In this document: positions 26,482-40,886 of the stretch, piece after piece
Layout of the letters: the number at the start of each line of letters is the position of its first letter
How positions within the stretch are numbered: position 1 is the stretch's first letter
Assembly (NCBI GenBank): GCA_002633005.1
Contig: NMRA01000188.1
Span: forward strand, 62,001 to 126,000
DNA length: 64,000 bases
From: Phoronis australis
Lineage: Eukaryota; Animalia; Phoronida
Direction of reading: 5' to 3'
The notes under the pieces: model-generated
What the model saw: only the letters and a program-made list of their open reading frames with translations
Told to the model about the DNA's origin: nothing
Databases searched by the model: none
Program-made: the position numbers and the translations under genes

Positions 26482-28179
26482 TTAAAGTCAAATTATCTGT
26501 ACGATTCTATAGATTTCCGGATCAAAATCAGTGAAGATTCATCGCTATTTCTATTCTGTCGTCTGATAAATTTCGCCAAATGAAAAGTAGGTCACAACTG
26601 GCGGGACTCCCGGGGTAAAGTAGGTCATAGATTACAGGCAACACATGTACTATAGTCTCTGAGTAGGTAGAATCGATAGCATTGTTTACGCTTTTCGTAT
26701 CTTGTAACGAAATACTTTAATTAAAAAAACTCAGGTTCATAGCTCAGGTACACACTCACCTCGTCCTATACAAACAGTTAGCTCCGGTAGGTCTAGAGCT
26801 GTGTCATTTAAATTAAGCCTATCTTCTGATGAACTTCGCATTTTTTGTAGTTGAATAAAGGTAGCTTTCATTTACTTTTGAACGTAACATAATCACTAAT
26901 CTGTGGTATGGTTACAAAAGATTCATTATCAGCAATATTGAAACCGTAAACTGCGGATGCGCGAAAATCACTCAGTTAGCCCCCTTCAGGATACATGGGT
27001 TTTGCAGAAAATACAGCGTGAGGGTCTTATTTATGAATCAATCACATTTGCCGATAGCACATAACATAGATAAGTATTTTGTTGAAAACGTGGCCAAGTT
27101 TCAGCAAAATTGGAAAAAAAATATGTTTAACATGGTATGGCTAAAGTTTTGGCTTATTTTGTCGCTTCGATCAGTGGAATCGCCGCTAAAAACCCGAAAG
27201 TGCATGTGAGAAAACGATAATTTTCGACCAAGCCTTTCATGTGCAGTTAGTTGCCGATAGACCCAACAGATGTCAGTATAATCAAGATTGAAATGTAGGA
27301 GTTTGAAGAAAATTAGACAAAATTTTGTATTTAACATGGGGTGGCCGAAAATTGCCAATTTTGGCCTTTTGATATCAGTTTATCATCATAGACTATCATT
27401 AGTGGGTCTAGTTAATTCGAAGTTTTTGGTTAAATCACTGATTAATATTCACACCAGTATACTAATAAACGTTTTTCTCTATATATAACAGTTTGATTCC
27501 AATGCTTTAAGTAGTGCTTATAACAAGGATTGGCCCTTGACCGGCCCGGCCCATATTATGGGAGCTAAAATTCAGCTCTAAACCGAAGTATCTATGTGCG
27601 GAAAACTCACCTGAGGTGTTTACGATCCACTTCAGAGGAAAAAAACTCGTTGTACCTAACAATAATTTGTTTCCGAGTACTTCGGGCATGGTTTAAAATT
27701 GAAAGGGGTCATTAGAAGTTGAATTCATGAGAATTGTATTGTTGCATTGCGAACTGAAAACTACTAGTCGATTGAGGTAGTGCGAGATAAGGCAACGAGT
27801 AAGGACAGCTTAATAGATTTGCTTACGAGTGGTGACTCATGATATTGGCCAGACATCTGTAATGATATGTTTTGTCTTTCCTTTTCAACGGAATATATTT
27901 GAACTTTGGTAATTTTGGGCTACAAAATATAGAACAACCTTCCTGGTGCTTCTCTCCAGCAGACATGCAAGCGGAGAGTGAAGCCCTAACTGGTCCATAA
28001 GCGATGACCTAGTTTACGCAGAGAACCTGGCGGATGACCTAGTTTACGAATTGCTGGTAATGTGCAAGTCTGGTGTTGTGGCAAAAATAGGGTATTTACA
28101 AAAATAACTCAAATTCTTTCTTAAAGCTTCATAAATCTATACATCATGTTTAAACAACTTCAAAATGCTCTCTCTCTCT

Positions 28180-28715
28180 AACTCTACAGGTGTAGCGTAT
28201 ACTAAAGGTCCACATCAAAAAGTAATTCAACTGTTTACTTTTTCGTGACAACAGCTCGAACAAGGCTTTGAGTTTAGTAATCCAGTGCCCCTCCCTGTGC
28301 CGATCCAATCTCTAAATTTTGGCCGGCAGATAAGTTGAACGCCACCCTCAGGGTATATGAATAACAAAAATATACCTCAGATACGAAACAAAATGATATC
28401 CATTAGGTCGAAATAAAAGAATAAATAAATTAATTAAAAATGCCCTTGAAAACAATCTACGGGGACAACCGCTAGACTAGGGCTGAGATCTAGCAGGAAG
28501 TGCCGAGACAAAGGCGGCCAGACGTAGCCTTCGAGTAATCAAGCAACATTGCTAAGTTCATCTGCTCGTGTGGCCGTCCACACAGTTTGATCTATAGTTT
28601 ACGCCTTTTGACATCACTTTTCGGCTTAGGAGATGCCAAAAAATGACGGGATATTATTGTGGAGCAGCATAACAGCGGAATTTACACACGCCATATCAGC
28701 ACCGTTTCACCATTC
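28180..28715 (-). mobile_element. Decayed THAP-domain transposon relic
   Basis: Minus-strand MVKRC*YGVC...PKPKSDVKRRKL*IKLCGRPHEQMN (28715-28550) matches the THAP C-x4-C...FPKP...W...R pattern; stops and frameshift present. Confidence 0.5.
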
Positions 28716-28943
28716 TTAGCGCACAATTTCTTGAGCTATAGACTAAAGTAAGTTTTACTTGGCGGCTTGGAAACGCAGACGAAGGCGTGTCAAGAATGCT
28801 GCTTTCTGATTGGAAGTCACGTCGTCAGTCATAATCCTGGCGATAAAAGTGAGTAGTTCTTCTGGGAAGTGTCAAGTGGCCCTAAAAGGGCCGTTGGTTG
28901 TACTGTGCATGAGCCTTAGGTATAGCGTGAAATAGTTCTTAAA

Positions 28944-29043
28944 AGAACCGTTGAATAATTCAACATAAATCACACAATATGCTGTGCTCACTCTAGAACC
29001 GTTGAATAATTCAACATAAATCACACAATATCTGTGCTCTCTC
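28944..29043 (+). repeat. 51-bp tandem duplication
   Basis: agaaccgttgaataattcaacataaatcacacaatat occurs at 28944 and 28995; each unit holds the palindrome gttgaa-taa-ttcaac. Confidence 0.9.
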
Positions 29044-30149
29044 AAGTATTGAAGATCCTCTTCATTCAAGTTTTCATCGGGAAGATTGGATGGATACTGA
29101 GAAGATGACAATATCGATGACAGTTGGAACACCTTAAATACAGGTGTAGATGTTACCGTTCACCAACGTTATCATGAACCCTGCCTCGTTCAGTTATTGT
29201 TCCTGCATCAACAAGTAATCCTGAACCGCAGGGAAAAAAGACATACAACAAAACGAATCAAATTTCGAACATCATTCTCTTCGCACGATTCCGTGTTGCT
29301 GTCGCCACACCAATGTACTTCCCCAACATCCATGTCGAAAATCTACGTTGCAAGTGATGAAAACTTGTGTCTTTTGTTTCTAACTTTAGCCCATTTTCTA
29401 AGAAAGGGGTGTACTGATTTTGTTTAATCTTGATACTTGAGCATAACTTTTGATTTTTACAATTCATTAATCGTGTTGAAAGCATTGATATTAAGTTGCC
29501 TCATTGAGTTGAACAGAAAATAAATTAAATGTAACACAATAAAGTTTTGAAAATAAATAGAGCAGCACCAACCAAGCTTGTTTTCGAAAACTTTGTGCCA
29601 TTAATGATCTGATTGGTTCATGCACTTACGGCGGGAAAATGATAGACCAAGTATTGTGCTAGTGTGCACTTCAGCAACAACTTTGTATCTTATTCTTATT
29701 TGGCCAATCTGTTGATACAGTAAATTTCCTTATTTATGCCCATCATGATTTGACCGCAACTTGAGCTTGTTGGGTTCTACCATATTGGGGTTGGCATAGG
29801 GACCCACATGGTGCTTACACGAAAGGGCTTTACTTTACCGGCTATTTCAAACTGCGTAGGTGAAGTAAATAAACAAAGTGGATGATTATCATCACCGCAA
29901 TTTCATCATTAGTGTCTTTTGCCGGGTGCTCAAATGATTTTCAGAGACTAGGGATTGTCACATTTGTAAGGTAGAAGGGTTTCGCTGGACTTCCAGGTCT
30001 GTGGTGTAATTTATACCGGACCAAACTTAAAAAAGAGGCCCTTCTTTAAATCAGGAGCTGCATAAAAAATAATTGCAGGCGGACTGATGCACGTTGTACC
30101 AGACGTGCGCAGGCAGTGCATGTGGACCCATTTCACTGATCACTTGGAA

Positions 30150-30297
30150 CCCTTTTTATGCTTATATAGTTAAAACTAAGCTGAGGACCTTGTAACCTGA
30201 CTAACGGGTTTAGCAGTGTGACCCAGTGGGATTCGAACCCACGACCTCGAGAAAAGAAAGCAGGCACCCCGCCTCCTCCAGGAGCTGCATGGGCTAT
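30150..30297 (-). mobile_element. tRNA-derived SINE head (not a tRNA gene)
   Basis: Minus-strand B-box and T-arm gtgGGTTCGAATCCcac at ~30227-30243; no intact acceptor or D stem. Confidence 0.5.
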
Positions 30298-31053
30298 ATG
30301 GTGTAATTTGTGTAGACGTTTGTCTGCGTTGCGAGTTTTTATAAAAATGGGTCAGTTTATAGCCAACTACGGTAAATTCATAAGAGATTGTGTGTAGTGC
30401 AACTGAAGTTCATAAAAAGTAAAACTGGACTTCCAAACCGCTTGATCTGACTTGACATTTCACATAATACTTCAGGACAATACTTAGTATCCTTTACGCA
30501 CGGGACCCTTTGTTACATTAGGAGCAGGATTGGTTAATTATGTACCCTAGAGGTGGTATAGGACCGGTTGGAGAGTTTTGTTTTTGTCATAAACGTTCGT
30601 TTGAAAGGCTAAGTTTGGAAATGTTAGGACTTAAGGCATACATTCGACATGAAATGAGTGTGTAACGTGCTGTTGAATTGCGGGATAAATTTTGTGTAGA
30701 ACAGTTGGTTATTACTGGAGTATTATTGTGATCTTTATTTATGTTAAAGGTTTTACCAGCATTCAATTTATTTGTACACGAATTTATAAATCGGCTAAAT
30801 CAGTGATCGAAATCGCGACGAAATATGCGCATTCTGCTGAGATAGTAACTGCCTGATTGGGGCTAGCGAAGATGACTAATTTGATTAATTCGCACGCTAG
30901 ACTATGACTGAAGTTCCTCTTAAGTACAGTATTTCATGAATCACTATCTTTTGAAAGAATTTAGCGGACAATTTTCGTCAAAAAACTACCAGGTAATGTC
31001 CATCAAAACGGAGTAAAGAACAATGGATATGTGAGATAGAATTAAGTCAGTAT

Positions 31054-31209
31054 CACTGCTGTAGTGGTAAAATAAGAGGTAAGTAGGCGCCCAAAGCCCG
31101 CCGTGCCACCTTGAGCACTGAACGTAACTTACGGTGGGTAGGCGCTACGTTCAAATCCCAAAAGGTGGTTGGCTGCGCCTACGTGCGCCTACGCCCCACT
31201 ACAGCACTG
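31054..31209. mobile_element. MITE (156 bp)
   Basis: TIRs cactgctgtagtgg / ccactacagcactg; both flanks contain tcagtat. Confidence 0.6.
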
Positions 31210-31219
31210 TAATCAGTAT

Positions 31220-34200
31220 TAGGCTCAGTTACCAGAAGTCCTTAAAAACATCCATCATCAAAAATGTCTCGAACATATATATAAAGTATTATTTTCATTA
31301 ATAGGCCTTCATGTGTAATCAAAAAGAGCCACAATATTTAAACTTAAATGTGGGTTTGAGTTAATCCCCGTCTATTCATATTTGGTTAACTCAAAGCTAC
31401 ATTTGAGTTCTAGCCATAACTTAGTAAAGTTAAAATATCAGTTAAAACCATTGTTTTCCATCATAACACCACATGGTTATATGCTCAAAATACACAACAA
31501 AGGCACTGGACATTTTTTGTTTTTGAAATTCATTTTAAAAAATTGGTTTTCAGCCAATTTTCTTGAATTTTGTCAATTTTTCACGTATTCATAATGCTAA
31601 AAAATAACTGTAACGAGGGTATGGTAATAACACCAGGGTTTTGCATTTCTTCAAATAACATACAATGCTTGATTCAAAGCTTTAATTATTCACTTTCACC
31701 CAATTTTATATATTACTTGATTAAAATCAACATTTCGCTTTTTTTCAAAAAAAAAACAAGTGTCACTTTCTCACTTAAGAATCGATAAAACAATGTCTGA
31801 GCACTGTAGTTGGGTAACTGATTGAGTTTAATTTTTGGTGACAAAACTTTCATGAAAACATGTTTTTCTCACACGTACATTTCTAAACTTCATCAAATCG
31901 TCATCATCACTATCATCTAAAACAATGTCAGTGGAATCCCTGTTATCGCAGTTACAACACCTACACAGATCCGAGTACGGTAGGTTTAAGACAAAACAGT
32001 AGCATCGTTTTACTGAGCATTAGCTTGTTTTACATGAGCATATCACTGACTTGATGACATTACTCGGTAGTGACTTTGCAGACATCCAAACAATGAATAA
32101 TGCGTCATCATCAACTTGCCAAACATGGCCATCTGGTGAGGAAACATCCATGAAAGGAGCCAGAGACAAGTGGTGGATCCTCGCTTGGTAGTTGCACAGT
32201 TTGATGTTAAAAATTAACGAATCCTGTGTTGGTGGTAAGTTTTGCTCACATGAAGGTAAAATGCAAAAAAAATATTGTATCTTGCTTCATTGACACTGTG
32301 GTAATTCTGGCCATACAATTTGCACAAAAATGATTCCAGAGAAGGGAGGAGACTTTTGGGCAGCTGGAATTCAGCACCCAGCTCTTGGAACGCTCTCAGA
32401 AAATTTGAATTTGACGAAGCCAGCTGCAACGCTTTCTTTTTCCCCTTACCAAAGAATGCATTAGTGGTGTCACAACTTGTAAGTCATCGCATCACTTTCA
32501 GTATCGATTTAAAGGGGTGCTAAATTCACTCTTGAAGATTGAATCCAAAACCCGTATTGGAACGGCACCCGAGTCAATTTAAATGGATGATAACAGTTAC
32601 AATCCACTTCCAAAAATTCCCCATTGTGTCATAAAAGGAATTCCCAGCGTCTGAAGCAGATAGACTTTGTCGTAACTCAGACAAAAATGTTAGTGTGTTA
32701 AGAAATATTCAATGGCAAAACCTAGTTTAGTGACCTTTTAAATAGTTTTTACACTAAAATTTACTGTGTACAAATATTTATTTGGTGCAAGTCGAAGCTA
32801 TTGTATTATTGTTATTGTTATTGCTAAAGCAGTCACTGACAAATAACCAACAAGTTTCTCAATTTTAATTCTATAAAACCAATTAAAAATAGCCTTGCCT
32901 GTAAAGACATGCAAGCCAATGAGAGCAGAGCAGACTTCCGATGACAAATTCTCAACAGCTTTTTCAATGTCAGTTACTCTGTAGTTACTCTTCGAACCAG
33001 TGCTAAAATACAACTTGCATGGGAATTTGTCTTGAAGATAGAAAGCAATTATTCCCACATCCGTATCTGGGCTTCGAAAAGTGACGCTAACATGTGAATG
33101 ACTTGCATGAAAAGCATGTAGAAACATTCTGGTGTCAGCTTCTTCATGGTCAGAGGCCAGCTCGTCAACATTAGTACATGATGTAACACCATTCTGGAAT
33201 CCAAGCAAGTAGCACTTTTCCCCATGAGTGAAGCAAATCTCGATGTCACGTCCAACATTTGAAAAGTCAGCCTGTTGCCACATTTTACAGAAAAATGTAG
33301 AAAGGTTGTCCTTGTTGGTACTAGAAGATAAAAACTTCTTCCATTGTGAGGGTGACTTTTGCTGTGGGTTGAGGATTTTGGGTTCTTGGACATCAGTGTT
33401 TGACATGCGTCGCTTTCTCTCTGTGTTCTTTATTTTGATGGGAAAATATCGATCCAAAACAAAATCGACTCGAGTAGCTTTGTAGGCATTAGCAAATTCC
33501 ACAGTTTGTCCAAGAACCGTATCAGCTGATTCACCAAATGTGCTAGGAACATTCTGCAAACACTGTATCACTGCCATTCCATCTAAGATTAGTGCAGTAT
33601 CAGTTGGCACTGATTCAACAAGACATGGGTTCGCCTTGGCTTCTATGGCGTGGAGTAACATGGCTTTGTTGGTCTTTGTTAATGACCCATCATCAGTTGA
33701 CAGTGGATATGCTATTGGTCCAACACTTCCTTCAGGTTTACATCCCTGGACTGGCCAAGAACCCGAAGCCTGGCAAACAGGTTTCGATCCTGTTTTGTCG
33801 CCTTTTCTTTTGATGCTGCATTTGTTGCAGGCAATGTCGAAAAAACATCTTTGGTCTTTGCTATCAATCTTTTATTGGTATACTCTTGAAGCTGGGCTTC
33901 ACCAATCTCATGTGCTGGGAGGAGATCTTCTTGAAGTTGTTTTTCAGCAACAACACCAGAACTAATGCATACCAGGGCACCACAGTACTCAAATGGGTTG
34001 ACCATGGTTTTGACAGTTTCCATGACTGATGCTACACTGTTTTCTTCAGCTTTAATTGTTGTAGGATCTGCATATTCAGGAGTCCGAAATTCGCCACCTT
34101 GGCCAGCAAACTGATTGCACTGTTGGAAAATAGCTGCTCGTTCAGGTTGAGCAAGTATCCATCTTTGAACAGCTCCCCTATTGAGTGTCAAACCAGTCCA

Positions 34201-34640
34201 ACCACCTTTTGTTTTCGACTCTCTGTTTACAGTTTGTTCTATTGCCTGGTCACAAGCTATTGCAGAAAACGGGTACCTGGCTTGTCTCTGCACCGTCCAT
34301 TTTCCACTGATCATCTCCTCTACTGCTCCAGGGTGAGTGCAGGTCAGGTTCATCATCTCAAGCCAATAAGCTGGTAGGTATCTTGCATAGTTGACTCGGT
34401 CGTATCCAAAAAACCACGGCATCATTAACCGAATACAGGACAAATGAAGGGTCCAGTCAGATTCACGAGTGGCCCGTATGAAGGTGAGCATTGTTTGCCC
34501 TATGCTAATATAAGACGATCAGAAAGCAAACGTCGGATTAGCTTCCGATTGTTCTTGAATGAAGGTGTTGTACTTATCAAGGAACATTCGAGATGGCTGA
34601 CATTCCCTCACATTCATAACTCCACTACAGCCTTTTAGCA
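31220..34640 (-). mobile_element. AcademX DNA transposon pseudogene (transposase C-part, XPG/FEN-like nuclease, Cys8 finger)
   Basis: ORF 33712..34491: FIRATRESDWTLHL...DRVNYARY...DQAIEQTVNR. ORF 32798..33661: LDGMA, FVLDRY, DHEEADTRMFLHA, SPDTDV, HVFTG, then an intron and CDTTNAFFGKGK (~32477-32440). C-terminal CSCK..C...C.C...LP.SDLCRCCNCDN (~32040-31940). Candidate TAG terminus at 31220. Multiple frameshifts. Confidence 0.75.
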
Positions 34641-36369
34641 GTGTTTTGTTTATAGAAAATCCCCAATGTGGGCGCTTGTTCACTACATTCTGAACGAGTA
34701 AGCTTGAACAAATCTTTCATTGGTCAATGAAAAATCCTCCCCGTATTAACGGTAAATCGTTGGCATTGGTGCACTGGTAAGGGGAAGGCGCAGATGAAGG
34801 AACGCAGCCACAGTCAGGGCCTGTGCGAGAGCCAAAGTGTTTCTTTATTCGTCATCGCCAGTGTATTGCATTGATATGACTTTGAAAGTTTGGCAGAAGA
34901 TCATTAGGACCCGGGAAAGTTTCCTGCCTTTTCGCAACTGTTGGTTATATCAAACATTTACAGTATCCGACAACAAACAACGTCATGTATACCTCGAAAT
35001 TATCGAGATCATCGTAAGATACGGTAAGCCTTAACTCTGAAGAGGTTACAATGAACTCGCTCATACGGTTAGTAGGTGCCGACGACAATATGCGAGACGC
35101 ATCGCTGGACGACTTTTCATATACAACCGATTTCATAAACGTACTTTAAAGTTATACCTGGTTTAAATTGGACTTAGACAAAGTATAATTTAAGACTTGG
35201 TCAGACCCAGCTTTTTTGGTCCCTGATTAAAAGTTGTGGAACAGGGTTACTGCCCCCTCCCCCTGTTCGCACTAAAATGACACGAAAATAAATATCTACA
35301 TTATGTTGCGGCTAATCGTGAGCATTGTCCTTTCATGTGTAAACGTGTGTTGGGCACAGAGATTAAAAATGAAAAACGTCCCCTCATGATATCCTAGGCC
35401 CCTCGCCGGTTTTCTTTTAAATTTTCACCAATGAGATTTTCTTTCTGGCCTTCATTTTTAGTAATACCCTTTAACTACATCGCTGCATTTCTCCTATTTG
35501 GGCCATTATCACTCCGAGTCTGCTTAGGCTAACTTGATTTGACACCAGTTTTCATGTTCTCTTTTTCATTGACTCTTTCTCTGATCAGTTCTAGGAGGGA
35601 ACATTTTTCCTCGTGACTTTTTTTCTCAAATGTTTGCACTGATCCTACCACTGTTTGTCATTTATACCCACATTATCAAGGCTTCACAGAAGCACTTCAA
35701 TAGTTTCTCTGTGTTGGGTTAATCCAGATCGACACAGTAGCGTGGCTTGGATACTTGAAACCTGTTTTAATAAACCAGCTTCCTAGTCTAACAAAAACAG
35801 GCTTTCAAGCATTTAAGCCACGTTGGTGAAATGCAAGTTATGTCAAAGGTTAGACACTGTTTAGAAAGGTCAGGTTTATATGTAAGTCTTAAACCACCTT
35901 GATGAAATCGGCTGGAAATATTTCAATTTCTATTTTCTCAGGTGGATTGTTTCTAAGTTTCTGACTTTCTTTCATTATTATTGAATAGTAGATTGTATTA
36001 ACTTGTATTCTATTTTTACCTTAAAAATTAATCTGGTTATAAACAAGAAATAAGTTAACTTACCTTGATGAGATAGAGACAAATCAAGAGCAGAATTCGA
36101 CCAGCGGCTAAGTTTAAACAGTACACATCATGAATGTTTGCACATTTTGAAGTATCGGTGGCCACAGACAAAACGTATGACGTAATAGCTAAATCCGTGT
36201 TGATTTTGTGTAATTAGCTCGAAATTTTTATTTTTCTTTCAATTTTCCAATTTTCACATTTCCCGCCATGTGACGCCATGGCTTGAACACAAGAGATCAG
36301 TGATTAGCATTGAACAACGGCGGAGAGTAGTCAATTTGAAAGCGACAACGATTATGAGCAAGAATTGAA

Positions 36370-39300
36370 CGAATACCAGTTTTTTCATGTCTTTTTCAAG
36401 CTGTCGGCTTTCCAGTATCTTCAGTAGTTCCTCATACTGCTCAATACCTGTGTAAAATTTAGATCACATTAAATGACTGAGAAACCAAAATGACAACTGT
36501 ACATGCCAAAAATACTCAGACAAACTGACCCGGGATTCCCTGTCTTGGTGGATGAGCAAACACAAAAATCAAGGCTTCCTGAAAAGCGGATTCACCAACA
36601 GTGTGGCAGTAGTGAACAGTTGTTGCCAGTGAGTACAAGGAAACCGATGCTGCCCAGTGGCTTTCATGAAAAGATACATGCCCAGTTTTAAAAGAAATTT
36701 AAACACTCTCTTATTCTATAATGTAACCAATGCAAAGCAACACTATTACAGGCAATCAGTTATACCTGGCTTTAACTAGAGTCTTGGTTGCAACTCATTG
36801 TGGGCACACTTTGGAAAAAGTGGACTTTCATGAACGTGAATGTCCATAAAATGCTTAGATAGACTTCTCCACTTCTCCAACGCCAATTCGCCATTTCCGT
36901 CGCTGGACGTGGCACACCATTAGAGATGGTTATTGATAGCCAGGTCTTTACATCAGGGTACTTCTTCCCCACTACAACCAACTTTTTGTTCAGGCCTAAA
37001 ATAAAGCAATACTTGGCACTTTATCTGAAAACCGTTGCATATCTCGTGAACATTAAGCCACGTATCCTTGAAATATAACAGTTTTAAGTTCACGCTTGGC
37101 TGTTCTATAGCCTTATACTTCATTGGAGTCTTCCCTTCACAACCAGTTGATCTGGATTGTTTTCCAATCTCCATCAAAGTACTACTACATCTGTTTCGCG
37201 CAAGATAATAGCAAGTAGTATTTTGACAAGAGAAAGGAGCAAAGGCAAGACTACAGTCAATCAGAAACACTTCGCCTGCCTATTACCTTTGGAAACATGC
37301 CAGATGTCAAAAATGATAATCAGGCTTCCAGTGGTCCCTGATCCACGCATTAATTTGAGGGTGACGATCTGTGATTATGGTGACTTTTTCTGGTGAAGCC
37401 TTCCAAACAACTTATGCTTGCACCTCTTCAACCCCTCCAATTCCATATGATAGGAGACCAACCTCATTTCTCTGTAAGCACGAGCATAACAACGTATAAT
37501 ATGTGCCCACATTGATGTTTCAGAAATGACACAGCTACATGAATGATTCAATAAGTTCAAGTAGGAAATAAATTTGATATCCTAAAGTTATTTAATTTTA
37601 AGCTCAACATGGCAGATAAACAAAATCTTATTCTGCCCCATTTCTTAACAAAAACAATGTGCTTCATGGCTTGCATTAACAACACACACAGTAGTTAATT
37701 TACAACGTAGTAGCACTTTGAAAGTATAAGTGGTATTTGGCTGAACTTGAAGAACGTGTTAATTTAGCTTAATAATAGTCAAACATGACGAGCAGAGCAT
37801 CACTAGAATCAAAGTCCGACACAAACGGTACCAAAAGGAGTAATGGTGGGTTACTTAGGACAATTTGTTACTTAACATATGAAGGCCAACATTTTTAGTA
37901 TGCCGTGACATGTGTATCACCTGCACAAGTTCCATTGCTAAGATTTAGTTGCGCTCAAGGTCCATCATCGTGTAGCTGCCATATTTTGCGGCATGACCAG
38001 GGCTAAAATATAACGTGATGGCAATGAGAATCAGTCAGATTATAGGCATTATTGTATTAAATGACTATCTGAATAAAGATATTCTACTTTCACTGCAGAA
38101 TACACAACCGTACTATTAATTATTATTATCTTTAAAAACAATGAAAGAAAATAGATATAAATCACAAAATGAGAAAATAGTACATTCCCAAGATATGTGA
38201 AAAAAATATTTTGTCACCTCTAACGACCAGGCTATCATTTGCAGCACAGAGCACACACCTTCAAAGCAATCAGCACATTAATATGTACATAACTTCTATC
38301 CTAACTCTCACAGAGTTTCTAATTAATATTGCCTTCTTGATATGAACAGGAAGTAACCACTGCAGTACTAACCAACAAAATATAGAGAGTAATTACCTGT
38401 CACATCTTGCGTCGCCTCCTATGAGTATGTCAGGCGGTTAACTGGGGAGTAGCTCCTCCTGCTGGTCGTCCCACACTTTTTCTGCCGCATCATGTAGAAA
38501 TAGGCGCTGGTGTCGAAAGAACGTGTTGGTATGATAACATTTCATTCCAAAGGATCTCAGCAGGTTCTGCACCTTCATAATGGAACTGCCGCTAAACAAG
38601 GTGGCAGCCGATAGGAGAAGGTTCTCCTCGGGGTAGTCCTGCACAAATGGATAACCAGGGAAGCTGACACGGGTGCACCTATCTTGAATAACTACCATTG
38701 TGCCGATCATTTTTATGACGCATGCAGAAGCCCTGTTCCCAAACACCCGGCAAACATCGAACAGCTTCAACAGACAAGTTTCATACACAATTTACTTTCG
38801 ATGGACATCAGCTGCGATGAAGTCAGTCTTGGGTAATTTACTGAAAAACATGATGAATGCAATGTTTAAGTAGATTTGTATTTCATAGACGAAATGCTAA
38901 AATTAACATGGGCTTCTTCACTGTAAATTATTATAAATACCACAGAAACCAAGACAGAATAAGTGGCTAACACAAACACTAACCCTCAAACAAAATTTCA
39001 ATTGTGACTGGTAAAGATCTGCTTATTTTTTAGAAACGCCATTTTCAGATCCACTTTTTCTATACGAGGCTAACTTGTCATCCCTAAAGTCGCGCATCTA
39101 GCGCATGCGCCTATATGCAAAATAAAGTTTTTGCAAGATTTTTGCAACTGAAATGTTTCACACTGCCAGTGTATCTTAAGCTGGGGCTGAGGTGCATGCC
39201 GATGATCTACCCACTACCCGTAGTATCTATATTATATATTTGAAAAAATGCACTCACTGTGTGGCGAGGCCTTCATCGTAACGTCTCCTCCGACTGGAGT

Positions 39301-39501
39301 CGAAACACGAGTCCTCAAAGTGGGCACAACATAGAGCGGCCCCGGATCGAATCGCTTCGTCCACGCTGAGGTTCCAACTCTCGTTCGGCGCACGAAGCGA
39401 TGCCACTTCTGCGCAACTTTGGCGTCCTTCGGAAATTTGAACACCGAGACGTTCTCCGTCTGGCTCCTTTGGCTGCAGCCTCCGCAAGCACATCTTTTCA
39501 T
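36370..39501 (-). mobile_element. Intron-containing Kolobok-type transposase pseudogene with N-terminal THAP
   Basis: THAP exon 39501-39257 (MKRCACGGC..FKFPKD..KW..R../LCCAHF). Exon ~38840-38397 ends GGDARCD(S). Exon 38002-37921 encodes SPGHAAKYGSYTMMD. Exon ~37473-37287 encodes MELEGLKRC..ITDRHPQI..HFDIWHVSK. Further exons at ~36995-36766 and ~36448-36370. GT-AG junctions; stops and frameshifts. Confidence 0.7.
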
Positions 39502-40733
39502 GCGTCTACGAAACTTCTCGACTCTAAATATACGTTGCTTTCACTTCACTCAATACACTTTGTCTCTGATCAGAACAATATGTCAAACGACTTGTGTTCA
39601 ACCCTGGTTGGTACCCTACTTGCCTATCCAGCACGCAGGTATCACGCAGTGGCACGCGTATTAGCATTGGTTGATGTAACCTCAGCAGTCATTGGTTAGC
39701 TTTACAACATCGTGAAAAAATGGCGGACTGCGACCGATTTTTAGCCTGGTCATGCAAGAGGCGTCGCAGCAACTATTTTGTTTTTGCAGGGATGTTTAAT
39801 AGCCGCGTGCTTGAAGCACATACGTGTACAATAAACGCATATCTGGCCGATTTAACAGGTATGTTATTCATACTGTATGAATACAGGACATTATCGTAAA
39901 CAAAAGCCATCGGCAGTAGAGAAATGCTCTCGGAAAAGGCGCAATCACAATTTCTAGGATTCACATTTCCTGAACATGAATTTTTAGCACCAATTTGTCT
40001 GTACAACAGACAACATTTACACTTCAGTTCATCGATAATGCCAGTTTGTTTGCTTAAAACACTGCCTGTTGAGAATTTGACTAGCCCTAGCCAACTAGAA
40101 ACGCCGGTGTAAAAAAATTACCCGAGGAAAATTAAGTGATACTTGCGTGCTGGCTACTGACCACCTAGCGGCACGCAGGGAACCAGCGAGAGGTTCAACC
40201 TATGCCGTTGAGCATAATTATTATTTTTCTAATTTTTGAGTGTTTCTTTGTGAGCTGTGCACTTAAGGCACTGAAATCAAGTAAGATATAACAAAATTTA
40301 TTTTGATGTACTAGAGTCATCTTGTGTATAATTTAAAGTGAATTCGAACCAGTCAATGACGAATTGCGCACACCCATCCATGGGGCAAAACTTGACAATC
40401 GCAAAAACGCAAAAACCAGCATGCCAGCTGCCTTTTCTGATTCCAACTTTTTGGTCGCGTCCAGGCATTGTAGATGGGCCCAGGTTTCCTAGCTCCTGTA
40501 ATACCGTCTGTGAGTTCAAACATGGTCTAACTTAATGTGATCTCTTGGAAACGTTACTCCCCTGGAAGCGCCATTCTATCCGGGCAAGCTATTACCCTGA
40601 AGGGACTTTACGTCGAAGGACCGTTGCTCCGAAGACGTTTCGTCGACTCAATTATAAGGTTCTCGTATTTCTGCCGGTGTAGTCCAGATCTTTTTTGGAA
40701 TTTGGGTGGCTGACTCCCTCGGATTTTCCTCGA

Positions 40734-40798
40734 AATTGGACGACAACACAGACAACACAATCAATCTTTGATTGTGTTGTCTGTGTTGTCGCCCAATT
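40734..40798. repeat. Near-perfect hairpin / palindrome
   Basis: A perfect 24-bp arm (40741-40764) pairs with 40768-40791 around a 3-nt loop, extended by aattgg/ccaatt after one mismatch. Confidence 0.92.
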
Positions 40799-40886
40799 AC
40801 CCCGTTACTAATATTATTCGAATACTTTGATGTTATTTGTTCCGGCTTCTGATGCTAAAAACTGGAACTTAAATTTTCTGTCAAAG

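Noticed and set aside
30210-30297. tRNA gene
   Set aside because: Only the B-box/T-arm is recognisable; no cloverleaf can be built, so it is treated as a SINE head.
32798-33661. Host FEN1/XPG nuclease gene
   Set aside because: It is fused to Academ transposase motifs and a Cys8 finger, with several frameshifts and stops.
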